From a virus: DNA of 64,000 nucleotides. Position 1 is the stretch's first letter; every line of letters starts with the position of its first letter. The stretch lies in IMG/VR virus record IMGVR_UViG_3300050821_002957, positions 143,192 through 207,191 of that record; one strand, given 5' to 3'. Shown piece by piece: positions 63,951 to 64,000 of this stretch. A program made the translations under genes and the position numbers. Under the pieces are notes generated by a model. That model did no database searches. It was not told where the DNA came from and was given only the letters and a program-made list of their open reading frames with translations.

Positions 63951-64000
63951 GGCTTTCGTTCCGGCTTGCGCTTCTTGGTCTTGAACATCTCAGGCGCAAT

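Noticed and set aside
1-64000. CRISPR arrays, integrases, transposases
   Set aside because: No regularly spaced direct repeats and no recombinase-like ORFs were seen. The only mobile-element signatures are the two HNH endonucleases.

Overview
This window looks like part of a T4-like (Straboviridae-type) myovirus genome, judged from sequence alone. The strongest anchors are a gp32-type single-stranded DNA-binding protein at 50136..51143 that is near-identical in its core to T4 gp32, and a gp59-like helicase loader just upstream at 49083..49712. Further T4-type genes are a dNMP kinase (T4 gene 1-like), a dCMP deaminase, PhoH and an Rnl2/Rnl5-type RNA ligase. The window also carries UUCG-tetraloop hairpins, HNH homing endonucleases next to tRNA genes, tightly packed and overlapping (ATGA/TAATG) small ORFs, and a virion module. 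That module contains a 1430-aa tape-measure-like protein with a FlgJ-type glucosaminidase domain, tail-tube-family proteins and a gp4-like PD-(D/E)XK protein.

Several unusual elements overlie this backbone:
- A circularly permuted (two-piece) tmRNA gene with its own TTGACA-17-TATAAA promoter and terminator.
- Four tRNA genes, two of them with anticodon GCA.
- An NAD/ADP-ribose- and nucleotide-signal-processing cluster: a REC-like protein, a Mesh1/SpoT-type HD hydrolase, DUF4326, NADAR/YbiA, a SLOG Rossmann protein and a PF10127-like nucleotidyltransferase.
- Host-like metabolic genes (GMP reductase, CoaD, peptide deformylase).
- An OmpA-domain / membrane coiled-coil operon.
- Secreted proteins, including a PEP-CTERM protein and two beta-barrel-like proteins ending in Phe.
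- A family of at least 7 promoters sharing the box gATACATCTAyTTGACA, a 17-bp spacer, a -10 element and a 6-nt gap to the ATG, which implies leaderless mRNAs.

All coordinates and calls are read by eye. No database search or folding could be run.
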